Under the pieces are notes generated by a model. The model saw nothing but the letters and a program-made list of their open reading frames with translations. It made no database searches and was not told the origin of the DNA. A stretch of 37,116 nt of DNA from the NCBI GenBank assembly GCA_046484845.1, contig JAWOIB010000068.1:1-37116 (forward strand), written 5' to 3'. Below, piece after piece: positions 1 through 7,720 of the stretch. Position 1 is the stretch's first letter, and every line of letters begins with the position of its first letter. The position numbers were made by a program, and so were the translations under genes. This DNA is from a bacterium. GTDB taxonomy: Bacteria; Hydrothermota; Tepidihabitantia; Tepidihabitantales; Tepidihabitantaceae.

Positions 1-234
1 GGACGTACGGCGTGTTTGCCGCGGGCCGGAACATCGACCAGCTGCGGACCACGGTCGCCTATGGCGATTTCAACGTGCTCGTCGCCGGGGCGCACTGCGG
101 GGTGTCGGTCGCGCCGTCCGGCCCGACCGACACCCCGCAGTGCGCCCCGGCGACGAGCACGTTGAAATCGCCATAGGCGACCGTGGTCCGCAGCTGGTCG
201 ATGTTCCGGCCCGCGGCAAACACGCCGTACGTCC
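1..234. repeat. Terminal fold-back: bases 1-117 are the reverse complement of bases 118-234
   Basis: Base i pairs with base 235-i. Checked by hand: 1-10 ggacgtacgg pairs with 225-234 ccgtacgtcc, and pairing continues to the centre with only two unpaired positions (112/123 and 117/118). The palindrome lies inside the transketolase frame. Confidence 0.9.
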
Positions 235-1447
235 CGAACACCGGCAGCTTGCCTTCCCGGGCCAGCCCGGCGGCGAGCGCGGTGCCCGACTGCTCGGCAA
301 TGCCGACCGAAATCCAGCGGTCGCACCGGCTGCCGTCGCATTCGTAGAACTTCGATATCAGGATCGAACCCGAGATGTCGGCGCCGATGGCGATCGTGCG
401 CGGGTCCGCACCGCAGGTCTCAAGCGCCTGGCCGAACCCGGCCCGGGTCGGCTTCATCTCGACCTGCATCTGCTCCTGCCGGTTCCAGAAGTAGTCCCGG
501 CCGAACTTCGGCACCCGGGCCGCAAGTTCGACATCCACCTTGGCCTGGTAATCGAGCGCGACCTGCTTGAGCGCCTTGCTGTCCAGCCGGAAATCAAGGT
601 TCAGTTCCTTGAGCGCCCGGTGCAGCTCGTCATCGTTGGGCGCCCGGCCGTGCCAGCCGGCAACGTTTTCCATGAAGCTGACGCCCTTGCCCTTGGTAGT
701 ATTGGCGATGATCAGCGTCGGCTTGCCCGTGACCTTCGCCGCCTTCTCGAACGCGTTCAGAATCTGTTGCATGTTGTGGCCGTCGATCTCGGTGACGTGC
801 CAGCCGAACGCCCGGTACTTGTCGGCGATCGGTTCGATGTTCTGGACTTCCTTGACCCAGCCGTCGATCTGAAGCCGGTTCCGGTCCAGGATGCAGCAGA
901 GGTTGTCGAGCGCGAAGTTGCCCGCTTCCATCGCCGCCTCCCAGACCTGGCCTTCCTGCTGCTCGCCATCGCCGGTGATGCAGTACACCCGGGAACCCCG
1001 CTTGTCGAGCCGGGTCGCGAGCGCGATCCCGACCGCGATCGACAGCCCCTGCCCGAGCGAGCCGGTCGAGGCTTCGACCCCGGGCAGCTTCAGCCGGTGC
1101 GGGTGGCCCTGGTACGGAGAATACAACCGGCGCAGCCGCACCACATCCTCGACCGGGAAGTAGCCGGCCATGCCCAGCGCGACATAGAGCGCCGGCGCCT
1201 TGTGGCCGGTGGACCAGATGATCCGGTCCCGGTCCGGCCACTCCGGGTTCTCCGGGTCGTGGCGGGCGACGTGCAGGTAGAGCGCGGCCGCGATATCCAT
1301 GATTGAGAGCGTGCCGCCGGCGTGGCCGGAGCCGGCGGCGTTCAGCGCAATCAGGTTGTAGCCGCGCATCATCTGGGCGGCCTGGGTCAGTGAGGCGGCG
1401 CCGTGCTCGGTCCGGACTTTGCCGGTGCGGCTGTCGAGAAGCGGCAT
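59..1447 (-). CDS. tkt: Transketolase, fused N- and C-terminal halves, 3'-truncated by the fold-back
   Basis: TPP-enzyme motifs are present: AAGSGHAGG, GDGEQQEG, then the pyrimidine-binding half (RAGFGQAL, GIAEQS). ATG 1447 overlaps the tal stop (ATGA). Only codons down to about nt 118 are genuine; the last ~20 codons and the stop lie in the palindromic artefact. Confidence 0.85.
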   Translation of the reverse strand: MPLLDSRTGKVRTEHGAASLTQAAQMMRGYNLIALNAAGSGHAGGTLSIMDIAAALYLHVARHDPENPEWPDRDRIIWSTGHKAPALYVALGMAGYFPVEDVVRLRRLYSPYQGHPHRLKLPGVEASTGSLGQGLSIAVGIALATRLDKRGSRVYCITGDGEQQEGQVWEAAMEAGNFALDNLCCILDRNRLQIDGWVKEVQNIEPIADKYRAFGWHVTEIDGHNMQQILNAFEKAAKVTGKPTLIIANTTKGKGVSFMENVAGWHGRAPNDDELHRALKELNLDFRLDSKALKQVALDYQAKVDVELAARVPKFGRDYFWNRQEQMQVEMKPTRAGFGQALETCGADPRTIAIGADISGSILISKFYECDGSRCDRWISVGIAEQSGTALAAGLAREGKLPVFGTYGVFAAGRNIDQLRTTVAYGDFNVLVAGAHCGVSVGPDGATDTPQCAPATSTLKSP

Positions 1448-2112
1448 CAGCCCTCCTTCCGGCCGCCGCCGGGAATCCTGGTGAAGTCCTCGTGGAACTT
1501 GCGGATGCCGATATCGGTCAGCGGGTGGGCGGCCATCTGTTTGAGCACCTTGAACGGCACCGTCGCGATATGCGCGCCCAGCCGGGCGGCCGCGACGACG
1601 TGCAGCGGGTGGCGGATGCTGGCGGCGATGACCTCGGTATCGAGCCCATATCCGTCGATGAACTCGACGATGTCGCCGACGACTTCCATCCCGTCATGGC
1701 CGATGTCGTCCAGCCGGCCGACGAACGGGGAGATGAACGTCGCGCCGGCCCGGCAGGCAAGCATCGCCTGAGTCGCGGAGAAGACCAGCGTACAGTTGGT
1801 CTTGATCTCCCGGTCCGCCAGCGCGCTTATCGCCTTCAGGCCCTCAATGCCCATCGGGATCTTCACCGTCACCTTCTCCGGGTCGAGCTTCGCCCAGTCT
1901 TCGCCCTCCCGGACCATGCCCTCGGCGTCGGGCGAGACCGCCTCGACCGAGACCGGGCCGTCCACGACCTTCAGGATGTCCGCGACGCAGTCCCGGAACG
2001 GCCGGCCGGTCTTCTGCACCAGTGATGGGTTGGTGGTGCAGCCTTCGAGGATACCCCAGCCCGCGACCTCGCGGATTTCGCCGATATCGGCGCTGTCAAT
2101 GAACATTCTCAT
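1447..2112 (-). CDS. tal: Short-type transaldolase / fructose-6-phosphate aldolase family protein
   Basis: 221 aa with MRMFIDSADIGEI, GCTTNPSL, the Schiff-base lysine context TVKIP, and FISPFVGRLDD. SD AGGAG sits 6 nt upstream of ATG 2112. Confidence 0.9.
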   Translation of the reverse strand: MRMFIDSADIGEIREVAGWGILEGCTTNPSLVQKTGRPFRDCVADILKVVDGPVSVEAVSPDAEGMVREGEDWAKLDPEKVTVKIPMGIEGLKAISALADREIKTNCTLVFSATQAMLACRAGATFISPFVGRLDDIGHDGMEVVGDIVEFIDGYGLDTEVIAASIRHPLHVVAAARLGAHIATVPFKVLKQMAAHPLTDIGIRKFHEDFTRIPGGGRKEG

Positions 2113-2330
2113 GGCTGACTCCTTGCGGGATACTGTGCAATGGATGGGCTACCCCCGACGACCGGTCTCCCCGGGCACCGGTGATTGCGGGTAGTCTGGA
2201 CACAGGTCATTTTTCTCTGCGGTTTTTCCTGACCCCGCGGCCGGGCGCCCGCCGGGGTAACAGTGTTGGTCAGTATAGCGGCCCAACCCCGGTTGGCAAG
2301 GCCGGCCGCCCGGCCCGCCGGGACGGCTCG

Positions 2331-2358
2331 TTGACCCTGCCGACCGGCCGGTTAAGAT
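2331..2358 (+). promoter_or_regulatory. Sigma70-like promoter of glgB; transcript probably leaderless
   Basis: TTGACC (2331-2336), a 16-nt spacer, TAAGAT (2353-2358). ATG 2365 lies only 6 nt after the -10 and has no SD. Confidence 0.35.
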
Positions 2359-2364
2359 ACGCTG

Positions 2365-4278
2365 ATGCCTGCTGAACCGGTCGTTCACGGCCCGACGCTG
2401 CTTTCCGAACTCGACACCTGGCTGTTCCGCCAGGGCGCTCACTGCCAGCTCGCCGACCTTCTCGGCGCGCACCCGCAGGTGGTTGACGGCCGGACAGGCA
2501 CCCTGTTCGCGGTCTGGGCGCCCTCCGCGGCCCGGGTCACGGTCATCGGCGATTTCAACGACTGGAACCCGGCGGCCTCGCCGCTCGCGGTGCGCTGGGA
2601 CTCGTCCGGCATCTGGGAGGGCTTCGTGCCCGGCGCCGGACCGGGAGTGCGCTACAAGTTCCGCATCGAGCCACGGGACGGCGGCCCGGCGCTGGAGAAG
2701 GCCGACCCGTTCGGGCTCCGTTTCGAACCCGCCCCGGGCAACGCCGCGATCGTTCACGCGCCGGCGCACGACTGGCAGGACGATGACTGGCTCGCCGCCC
2801 GGCTGGAAACAGACCCGCACCGCCGGCCCCTGGCCATCTACGAGCTCCACGCCGGTTCCTGGCGCCGGGGTCCGGGCAACCGGTTCCTCGGCTGGGACGA
2901 GCTCGCCGACGCGCTGATTCCCTACGTCCTCGACGCCGGGTTCACCCACGTCGAGCTCCTGCCGGTGATGGAGCACCCGTTCTACGGCTCCTGGGGCTAC
3001 CAGACAACCGGTTACTTCGCGCCCACCGGCCGGTACGGCACGCCGGACGAGTTCTGCGCTTTCGTGGACCGGCTCCATCGGGCCGGCATCGGGGTCATCC
3101 TCGACTGGTCGCCCGCCCATTTCCCGGACGACCCACACGGCCTCGCCCGGTTCGACGGCACCTGCCTGTACGAACATGAGGACCCGCGCCGGGGCCGACA
3201 CCCGGACTGGCACACCTGCATCTTCAACTACGGCCGCCCCGAGGTTGCCAGCTTCCTCGCTTCGAGCGCGCTCTTCTGGCTCGACCGCTGCCACGCCGAC
3301 GGCCTCAGGATTGACGCGGTCGCCTCGATGCTCTACCTCGACTACTCCCGGCCGGACGGCGAGTGGCTGGCCAACCCGTTCGGCGGCCGGGAGAACCTCG
3401 AGGCGATGGAGTTCCTGCGTCGGCTCAACTGCGCGGTCTACTCCCGCTGCCCGGGCGCGTTCACCGTCGCGGAGGAATCCACCGCCTGGCCGGGCGTGAC
3501 CCGGCCGGTCCACCTGGGCGGGCTTGGCTTCGGGTACAAGTGGAACATGGGCTGGATGCACGACACGCTCAGCTACTGCGGCCGGGACCCGGTCCACCGC
3601 CGCTGGCACCACAACGAATTGACCTTCGGCCTGACTTACGCCCACGGCGAGAACTACATCCTGCCCCTGTCCCATGACGAGGTCGTCCACGGCAAGCACA
3701 GCCTGCTCGAGCAGACGCCCGGCGACGACTGGCGGAAATTCGCCCAGCTCCGGCTCCTGCTCGGGTGGCAGTACTGCCACCCGGGAGCGAAACTGCTCTT
3801 CATGGGCGGCGAGTTCGGCCAGCGCCGGGAATGGGACCACGATTCACCGCTCGACTGGCAGCTGCTCGACGCGCCCGCGCACGCCGGGGTCAGTCGCTGG
3901 GTCGCGGACCTGAACCGGCTCTACCTCGGCCACCCGGCGCTTTCCACGCTCGACCGCGACTCGCAGGGCTTCCAGTGGGTCGTCGCCGCGGATTCCGCGC
4001 AGAGCGTGTTCGCGTTCCTGCGCCGGGGCGAAGGCGGCCGGGTCCTGCTCGCGGTCGCCAACTTCACACCGGTGCCCCGCGCCGGTTACCGGGTCGGGGT
4101 CCCGGTCGCCGGCCGCTGGCGGGAACTGCTCAACAGCGACGCGGCCGAGTACGGCGGTTCCGGGCTCGGCAACCTCGGCCGGGTCGCGGCCGGGCCGGAC
4201 GCCTGCCACGGTCACCCGCAATCGCTCGTGCTGACCCTGCCGCCGCTCGGGCTCGTCGTGCTGGAGCCGTCCGGATGA
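2365..4278 (+). CDS. glgB: 1,4-alpha-glucan branching enzyme (GH13)
   Basis: 637 aa. GH13 conserved regions: ILDWSPAHF, GLRIDAVASM, FTVAEEST, LPLSHDEVVHGK. N-terminal CBM48-like segment (FAVWAPSA..V.VIGDFNDWN). Confidence 0.95.
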   Translation: MPAEPVVHGPTLLSELDTWLFRQGAHCQLADLLGAHPQVVDGRTGTLFAVWAPSAARVTVIGDFNDWNPAASPLAVRWDSSGIWEGFVPGAGPGVRYKFRIEPRDGGPALEKADPFGLRFEPAPGNAAIVHAPAHDWQDDDWLAARLETDPHRRPLAIYELHAGSWRRGPGNRFLGWDELADALIPYVLDAGFTHVELLPVMEHPFYGSWGYQTTGYFAPTGRYGTPDEFCAFVDRLHRAGIGVILDWSPAHFPDDPHGLARFDGTCLYEHEDPRRGRHPDWHTCIFNYGRPEVASFLASSALFWLDRCHADGLRIDAVASMLYLDYSRPDGEWLANPFGGRENLEAMEFLRRLNCAVYSRCPGAFTVAEESTAWPGVTRPVHLGGLGFGYKWNMGWMHDTLSYCGRDPVHRRWHHNELTFGLTYAHGENYILPLSHDEVVHGKHSLLEQTPGDDWRKFAQLRLLLGWQYCHPGAKLLFMGGEFGQRREWDHDSPLDWQLLDAPAHAGVSRWVADLNRLYLGHPALSTLDRDSQGFQWVVAADSAQSVFAFLRRGEGGRVLLAVANFTPVPRAGYRVGVPVAGRWRELLNSDAAEYGGSGLGNLGRVAAGPDACHGHPQSLVLTLPPLGLVVLEPSG

Positions 4279-5642
4279 CCGCGCCCCGGGTCTGCATCCA
4301 CAGCCACTGCTACCAGCCGGACCGCACCAATCCCTGGACCGGGCAGGTGGACGAACAGCCCGCGGCCGCGCCCTGCCACGACTGGAACGAGCGCATCACC
4401 GCCGAATGCTACGCGCCCAACGCGCGGGCCGGCAACTACGCGCGCACCAGTTTCAACTTCGGCCCGACCCTGCTGGCCTGGCTCGAGCGGCACGCGCCCG
4501 ACAGCTACGCGCTGCTGCTTGAGGCGGACCGGACCGGCCAGGCCCGGTTCGGCGGCCACGGCCCGGCCATTGCCCAGGCCTGGGGTCACAGCATCCTGCC
4601 GCTTGACAATGACCGCGACCGCCGGACCCAGGTCCGCTGGGGCATCCGCGACTTCCGGCACCGCTTCGGCCGGGACCCGGAGGGCATCTGGCTGGCCGAG
4701 ACCGCGGCGGACATCCCGACGCTGGAGACACTGGCCGAAGCCGGCATCAGGTTCACCATCCTCGCCCCTCACCAGGCCGGGCACGGGCCGGGCGCGTACC
4801 GCTGTCCCCTGCCCTCGGGCCGGGAGCTGGCGCTCTTCACCTACGACGGGACCATCGCCAACGAACTCGCGTTCCGGGACCTGCTGGCTGACGCGGACCG
4901 GTTTGCCGACCGGCTGCTTGCTGCGCGGGGTGAGCTTGTGAGCGTCGCGACCGACGGCGAGACCTATGGTCACCACCACCGCTCCGGCGAGCAGACGCTC
5001 AGGCACTGCCTGGACCGGCTCGAGACGACCGGCACGCGGCTGACCGTCTACGGCGAGTACCTCGCCGCCTGCCCGCCCGAAACCCCGGCGACGCTGGTCG
5101 AGCGCAGTTCCTGGAGCTGCGTCCACGGCGTCGAGCGCTGGCGCGGCGACTGCGGCTGCTGTACCGGCCTGCACCCGGGCTGGCAGCAGGGCTGGCGCGC
5201 ACCGCTCCGGGCCGCGGTCGAATGGCTGCGCGACACGGTCGCGCCCGCATACGAGGAAGCGCTCGAACCGCTGGTAGCCGACCCGTGGGCCTTGCGCGAC
5301 GAGTACATCGAGGCGGTCCTCGACCCGCCCGCGCTGGCCGGCCTGCTCGACCGCCACGCCCGCCGGCCGCTCTCCGCACCCGACCGGGAACTCATCGCCG
5401 GCCTGCTCGAAATGCAGCGCTGGACGCTCCTGTCATTCACCAGTTGCGGCTGGTTCTTCGACGACATCTCGGAACCGGCCACCATCCAGGTCATGCGCTC
5501 CGCCGCGCGGGCGATGGAAATGTGCCTCCAGCACACGGGCATCCGGCTCGAAGAAGGATTCACCGACATCCTCCACAACGCCCGGAGCAACATCCCGGCG
5601 CTCGGCACCGGGGCGGATGTCTACAGGCAGGAAGGGACGTAG
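4275..5642 (+). CDS. GH57-family glycoside hydrolase with DUF3536-like C-terminal region
   Basis: CIHSHCYQPDRTNPW, HDWNERITAECYAPNA, FNFGPTLLAWLE, WLAETA (nucleophile Glu context), ATDGETYGHHH, then SSWSCVHGVERWRGDCGC. ATG 4275 overlaps the glgB stop (ATGA). The ORF-track extension back to 3765 lies out of frame inside glgB and is ignored. Confidence 0.85.
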   Translation: MTAPRVCIHSHCYQPDRTNPWTGQVDEQPAAAPCHDWNERITAECYAPNARAGNYARTSFNFGPTLLAWLERHAPDSYALLLEADRTGQARFGGHGPAIAQAWGHSILPLDNDRDRRTQVRWGIRDFRHRFGRDPEGIWLAETAADIPTLETLAEAGIRFTILAPHQAGHGPGAYRCPLPSGRELALFTYDGTIANELAFRDLLADADRFADRLLAARGELVSVATDGETYGHHHRSGEQTLRHCLDRLETTGTRLTVYGEYLAACPPETPATLVERSSWSCVHGVERWRGDCGCCTGLHPGWQQGWRAPLRAAVEWLRDTVAPAYEEALEPLVADPWALRDEYIEAVLDPPALAGLLDRHARRPLSAPDRELIAGLLEMQRWTLLSFTSCGWFFDDISEPATIQVMRSAARAMEMCLQHTGIRLEEGFTDILHNARSNIPALGTGADVYRQEGT

Positions 5643-5647
5643 CAGGG

Positions 5648-7171
5648 GTGAGGAAGAAAGGAGCAGGACGAGAAGGAAAGCACTCCTCACTTCCGGCCCT
5701 TGGCTTGAACTCCTCTTCTTCCCGTACCGCCGGTGTCCTGCTCCACGTCTCCAGCCTGCCCGGTCCGCACGGCATCGGCGATTTCGGACCCGCGGCGCAG
5801 GCGTTCGCCGACTGGCTGGCCGCGGCCGGATTCCGCTGGTGGCAGGTCCTGCCCCTGAACCCGACTGACCCATTCTACGGCAGTTCGCCCTACCGCAGCA
5901 TCTCCTCGAACGCGCTGAGCCCGCTTTTCATCAGCCCGGAACTGCTGGTCCGGGACCGCCTGCTCGCGCCGGGAGAGACCCGACCGCCCCGCTTCCCGTC
6001 GGCCCGGGCCGACTACCCCGGAGCCTCGCGCTGGAAGCGGGACCTGCTCGACCGGGCGGTCGGACGCGCGCTGCCGGACCCTGCGTTCCGCCGCTTCTGC
6101 GCTGCGGAATCCGGCTGGCTTGATGACTACGCGCTCTTCGCCGCGCTCAAACGCCGTTTTGGCGGCGTTGCCTGGACCGCCTGGCCTTCGCCCCAGCGCG
6201 ACCGGGAACCGGCCGCGCTGACCCGGGCCGCGGACGAACTCGGCTCAGAGGTCCGGCGGCACAGGTTCGTCCAGTTCCTGCTCGACCGGCAGTGGCGGGA
6301 ACTTCGTCGGCACTGCCACCGGCGCGGCATCCGCATCATCGGCGACCTGCCGATGTACCCGGACCACGACTCCGCGGACGTCTGGGCCAACCGCCACTAC
6401 TTCAAGCTCGACCGGCAGGGACTGCCCCGGTTCGCTGCCGGGGTCCCGCCCGACTACTTCTCGAGGACCGGCCAACTCTGGGGTAACCCGGTGTACGACT
6501 GGCGCGTGCTGGTGCGGGATGGCTTCGACTGGTGGTTCAACCGCTGTGCCCGGGCGCTCCGGCTGTTCGACGTGGTCCGGCTCGACCATTTCCGGGGACT
6601 GGTCGCGTACTGGCAGGTGCCGGCCGGGGAGAGGACCGCGGAACGCGGCCGCTGGGTGCGCGCGCCGGGTGCGAAACTGCTGGCCGCGCTGAATGTGGAA
6701 TTTCCGGATCTGCCCTTCATCGCCGAGGACCTCGGCCATATCACACCCGCGGTCGAGCGCGCCCGGTGCCGGGCCGGCCTGCCCGGGATGAAGGTAGCGG
6801 TGTTCGGTTTCGGCAGGCACCGGAGCCCGCACCGGCCGGACCTGGTGCCGGCTGACGCGGTGCTCTATTCATCAACCCACGACACCAACACGCTCCGGGG
6901 CTGGCTGGAAGAGGAAGCCGGGCCGGAAGAACGGCGGCGGGCAAATGAGCCAGACGCAGGGACGTTGCTCGAGGCCTGCCTTGCGTCGCCGGCCGGGTTG
7001 GTTATCTTCCCGGCCCAGGACCTGCTCGGGTTGGACGCCCGGGCGCGGATGAACACCCCGGGCACGACATCGGGCAACTGGCGCTGGCGACTGCCGGCAG
7101 GCGGTCTGACCGACGCCCTTGCCGCGGAACTGCGCCGTTCGCTGGCCGCCTCCGGCCGGGTCAGCTGTTGA
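5648..7171 (+). CDS. malQ: 4-alpha-glucanotransferase (amylomaltase, GH77)
   Basis: GVLLHVSSLPGPHGIGDFG, RLDHFRGL, FIAEDLGHIT, YSSTHDTNT. The start is uncertain: GTG 5648 (AGGAAGGGA upstream) or TTG 5705 (6 residues before the conserved RxxGxLLH). There is no in-frame ATG after the GH57 stop. Confidence 0.88.
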   Translation: MRKKGAGREGKHSSLPALGLNSSSSRTAGVLLHVSSLPGPHGIGDFGPAAQAFADWLAAAGFRWWQVLPLNPTDPFYGSSPYRSISSNALSPLFISPELLVRDRLLAPGETRPPRFPSARADYPGASRWKRDLLDRAVGRALPDPAFRRFCAAESGWLDDYALFAALKRRFGGVAWTAWPSPQRDREPAALTRAADELGSEVRRHRFVQFLLDRQWRELRRHCHRRGIRIIGDLPMYPDHDSADVWANRHYFKLDRQGLPRFAAGVPPDYFSRTGQLWGNPVYDWRVLVRDGFDWWFNRCARALRLFDVVRLDHFRGLVAYWQVPAGERTAERGRWVRAPGAKLLAALNVEFPDLPFIAEDLGHITPAVERARCRAGLPGMKVAVFGFGRHRSPHRPDLVPADAVLYSSTHDTNTLRGWLEEEAGPEERRRANEPDAGTLLEACLASPAGLVIFPAQDLLGLDARARMNTPGTTSGNWRWRLPAGGLTDALAAELRRSLAASGRVSC

Positions 7172-7198
7172 CGACCACCTTACCGGTAAGCACACGCT
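7105..7198. repeat. Left copy of a 94-bp imperfect direct repeat (the real malQ 3' end plus a relic of the peptidase 3' end)
   Basis: Aligns with 9485-9578 at an offset of 2380 nt. 87/94 identical by hand alignment, and the first 43 nt are identical. The minus frame still reads QRVLTGKVVVNS-stop. Confidence 0.9.
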
Positions 7199-7301
7199 GA
7201 CGGCAAGCCCCCCCTTGCCCTGTTGGCATCGCCAGTCTCAATGTGGGCATAAGTTGTTGCTGGACAATGCTTTGTGTGTATCGGTCATGTGGGTCCTTGG
7301 G

Positions 7302-7333
7302 TTGACAAGAGAGAGAGAGAGAGAGAGTATTAT
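7302..7333 (+). promoter_or_regulatory. Promoter-like TTGACA / TATTAT pair whose 20-nt spacer is entirely (AG)10
   Basis: TTGACA 7302-7307, (AG)10 7308-7327, TATTAT 7328-7333. SD AAAGGAG (7366-7372) and ATG 7379 follow. Confidence 0.45.
7308..7327. repeat. Dinucleotide microsatellite (AG)10
   Basis: Perfect agagagagagagagagagag. It is the only simple-sequence tract I found in the window. Confidence 0.97.
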
Positions 7334-7378
7334 TGGTCGCAATCGGGGAATGGGTCCTGATTGCGAAAGGAGTACGTG

Positions 7379-7720
7379 ATGATGCTCACGCCTGACCGAG
7401 GTCGCAGGACGCTGTCCAAGGCACTGCCTTGTGCCATCGCGTTACTGCTCCTGCTGATGCCGTTGGTTGCGAACGCTGCCACCATCACGATCTATGGCAA
7501 GGGTGGGGTTCAACTCATCCCGCCGGCTCTGTGTCCGAAGGAGAGCAGTTCAGCGTGTGCCACGATCGAGTTGGACACGGCCTCTCCGAACCCCAATGAG
7601 TGGCTGGTCTATCCCGTGGTCGGTTTCGAGGTGTACCGGGCGGTTCTGGACCCGATAGACCCCGAAATCACTGAGATGCAGGGCTCTGAGCTGGTCATTC
7701 ACAGTATGACACAGGAATGA
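7379..7720 (+). CDS. Small secreted hypothetical protein (113 aa)
   Basis: Signal peptide MMLTPDRGRRTLSKALPCAIALLLLLMPLVANA|AT. SD AAAGGAG sits 6 nt upstream of ATG 7379 (the ORF track starts at TTG 7361). The stop overlaps the next start (ATGA). I recognised no family. Confidence 0.6.
   Translation: MMLTPDRGRRTLSKALPCAIALLLLLMPLVANAATITIYGKGGVQLIPPALCPKESSSACATIELDTASPNPNEWLVYPVVGFEVYRAVLDPIDPEITEMQGSELVIHSMTQE

Noticed and set aside
1-234. The terminal palindrome considered as a genuine covalently closed hairpin telomere.
   Set aside because: It folds back in the middle of a transketolase coding sequence and has no telomere-resolvase context. An assembly or amplification chimera is far more likely.
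3765-4274. Upstream extensions of the GH57 ORF (3765..4274) and of the malQ ORF (5222..5647).
   Set aside because: The extensions lie out of frame inside the preceding well-supported genes and translate to Arg/Pro-rich junk. Conserved N-termini begin at 4275 and at about 5648-5705.
7119-7379. Duplicate small ORFs beginning MPRNCAVRWPP (7119..7379 and 9499..9735).
   Set aside because: They are out-of-frame readings of the two direct-repeat copies. Their similarity only reflects the DNA repeat.
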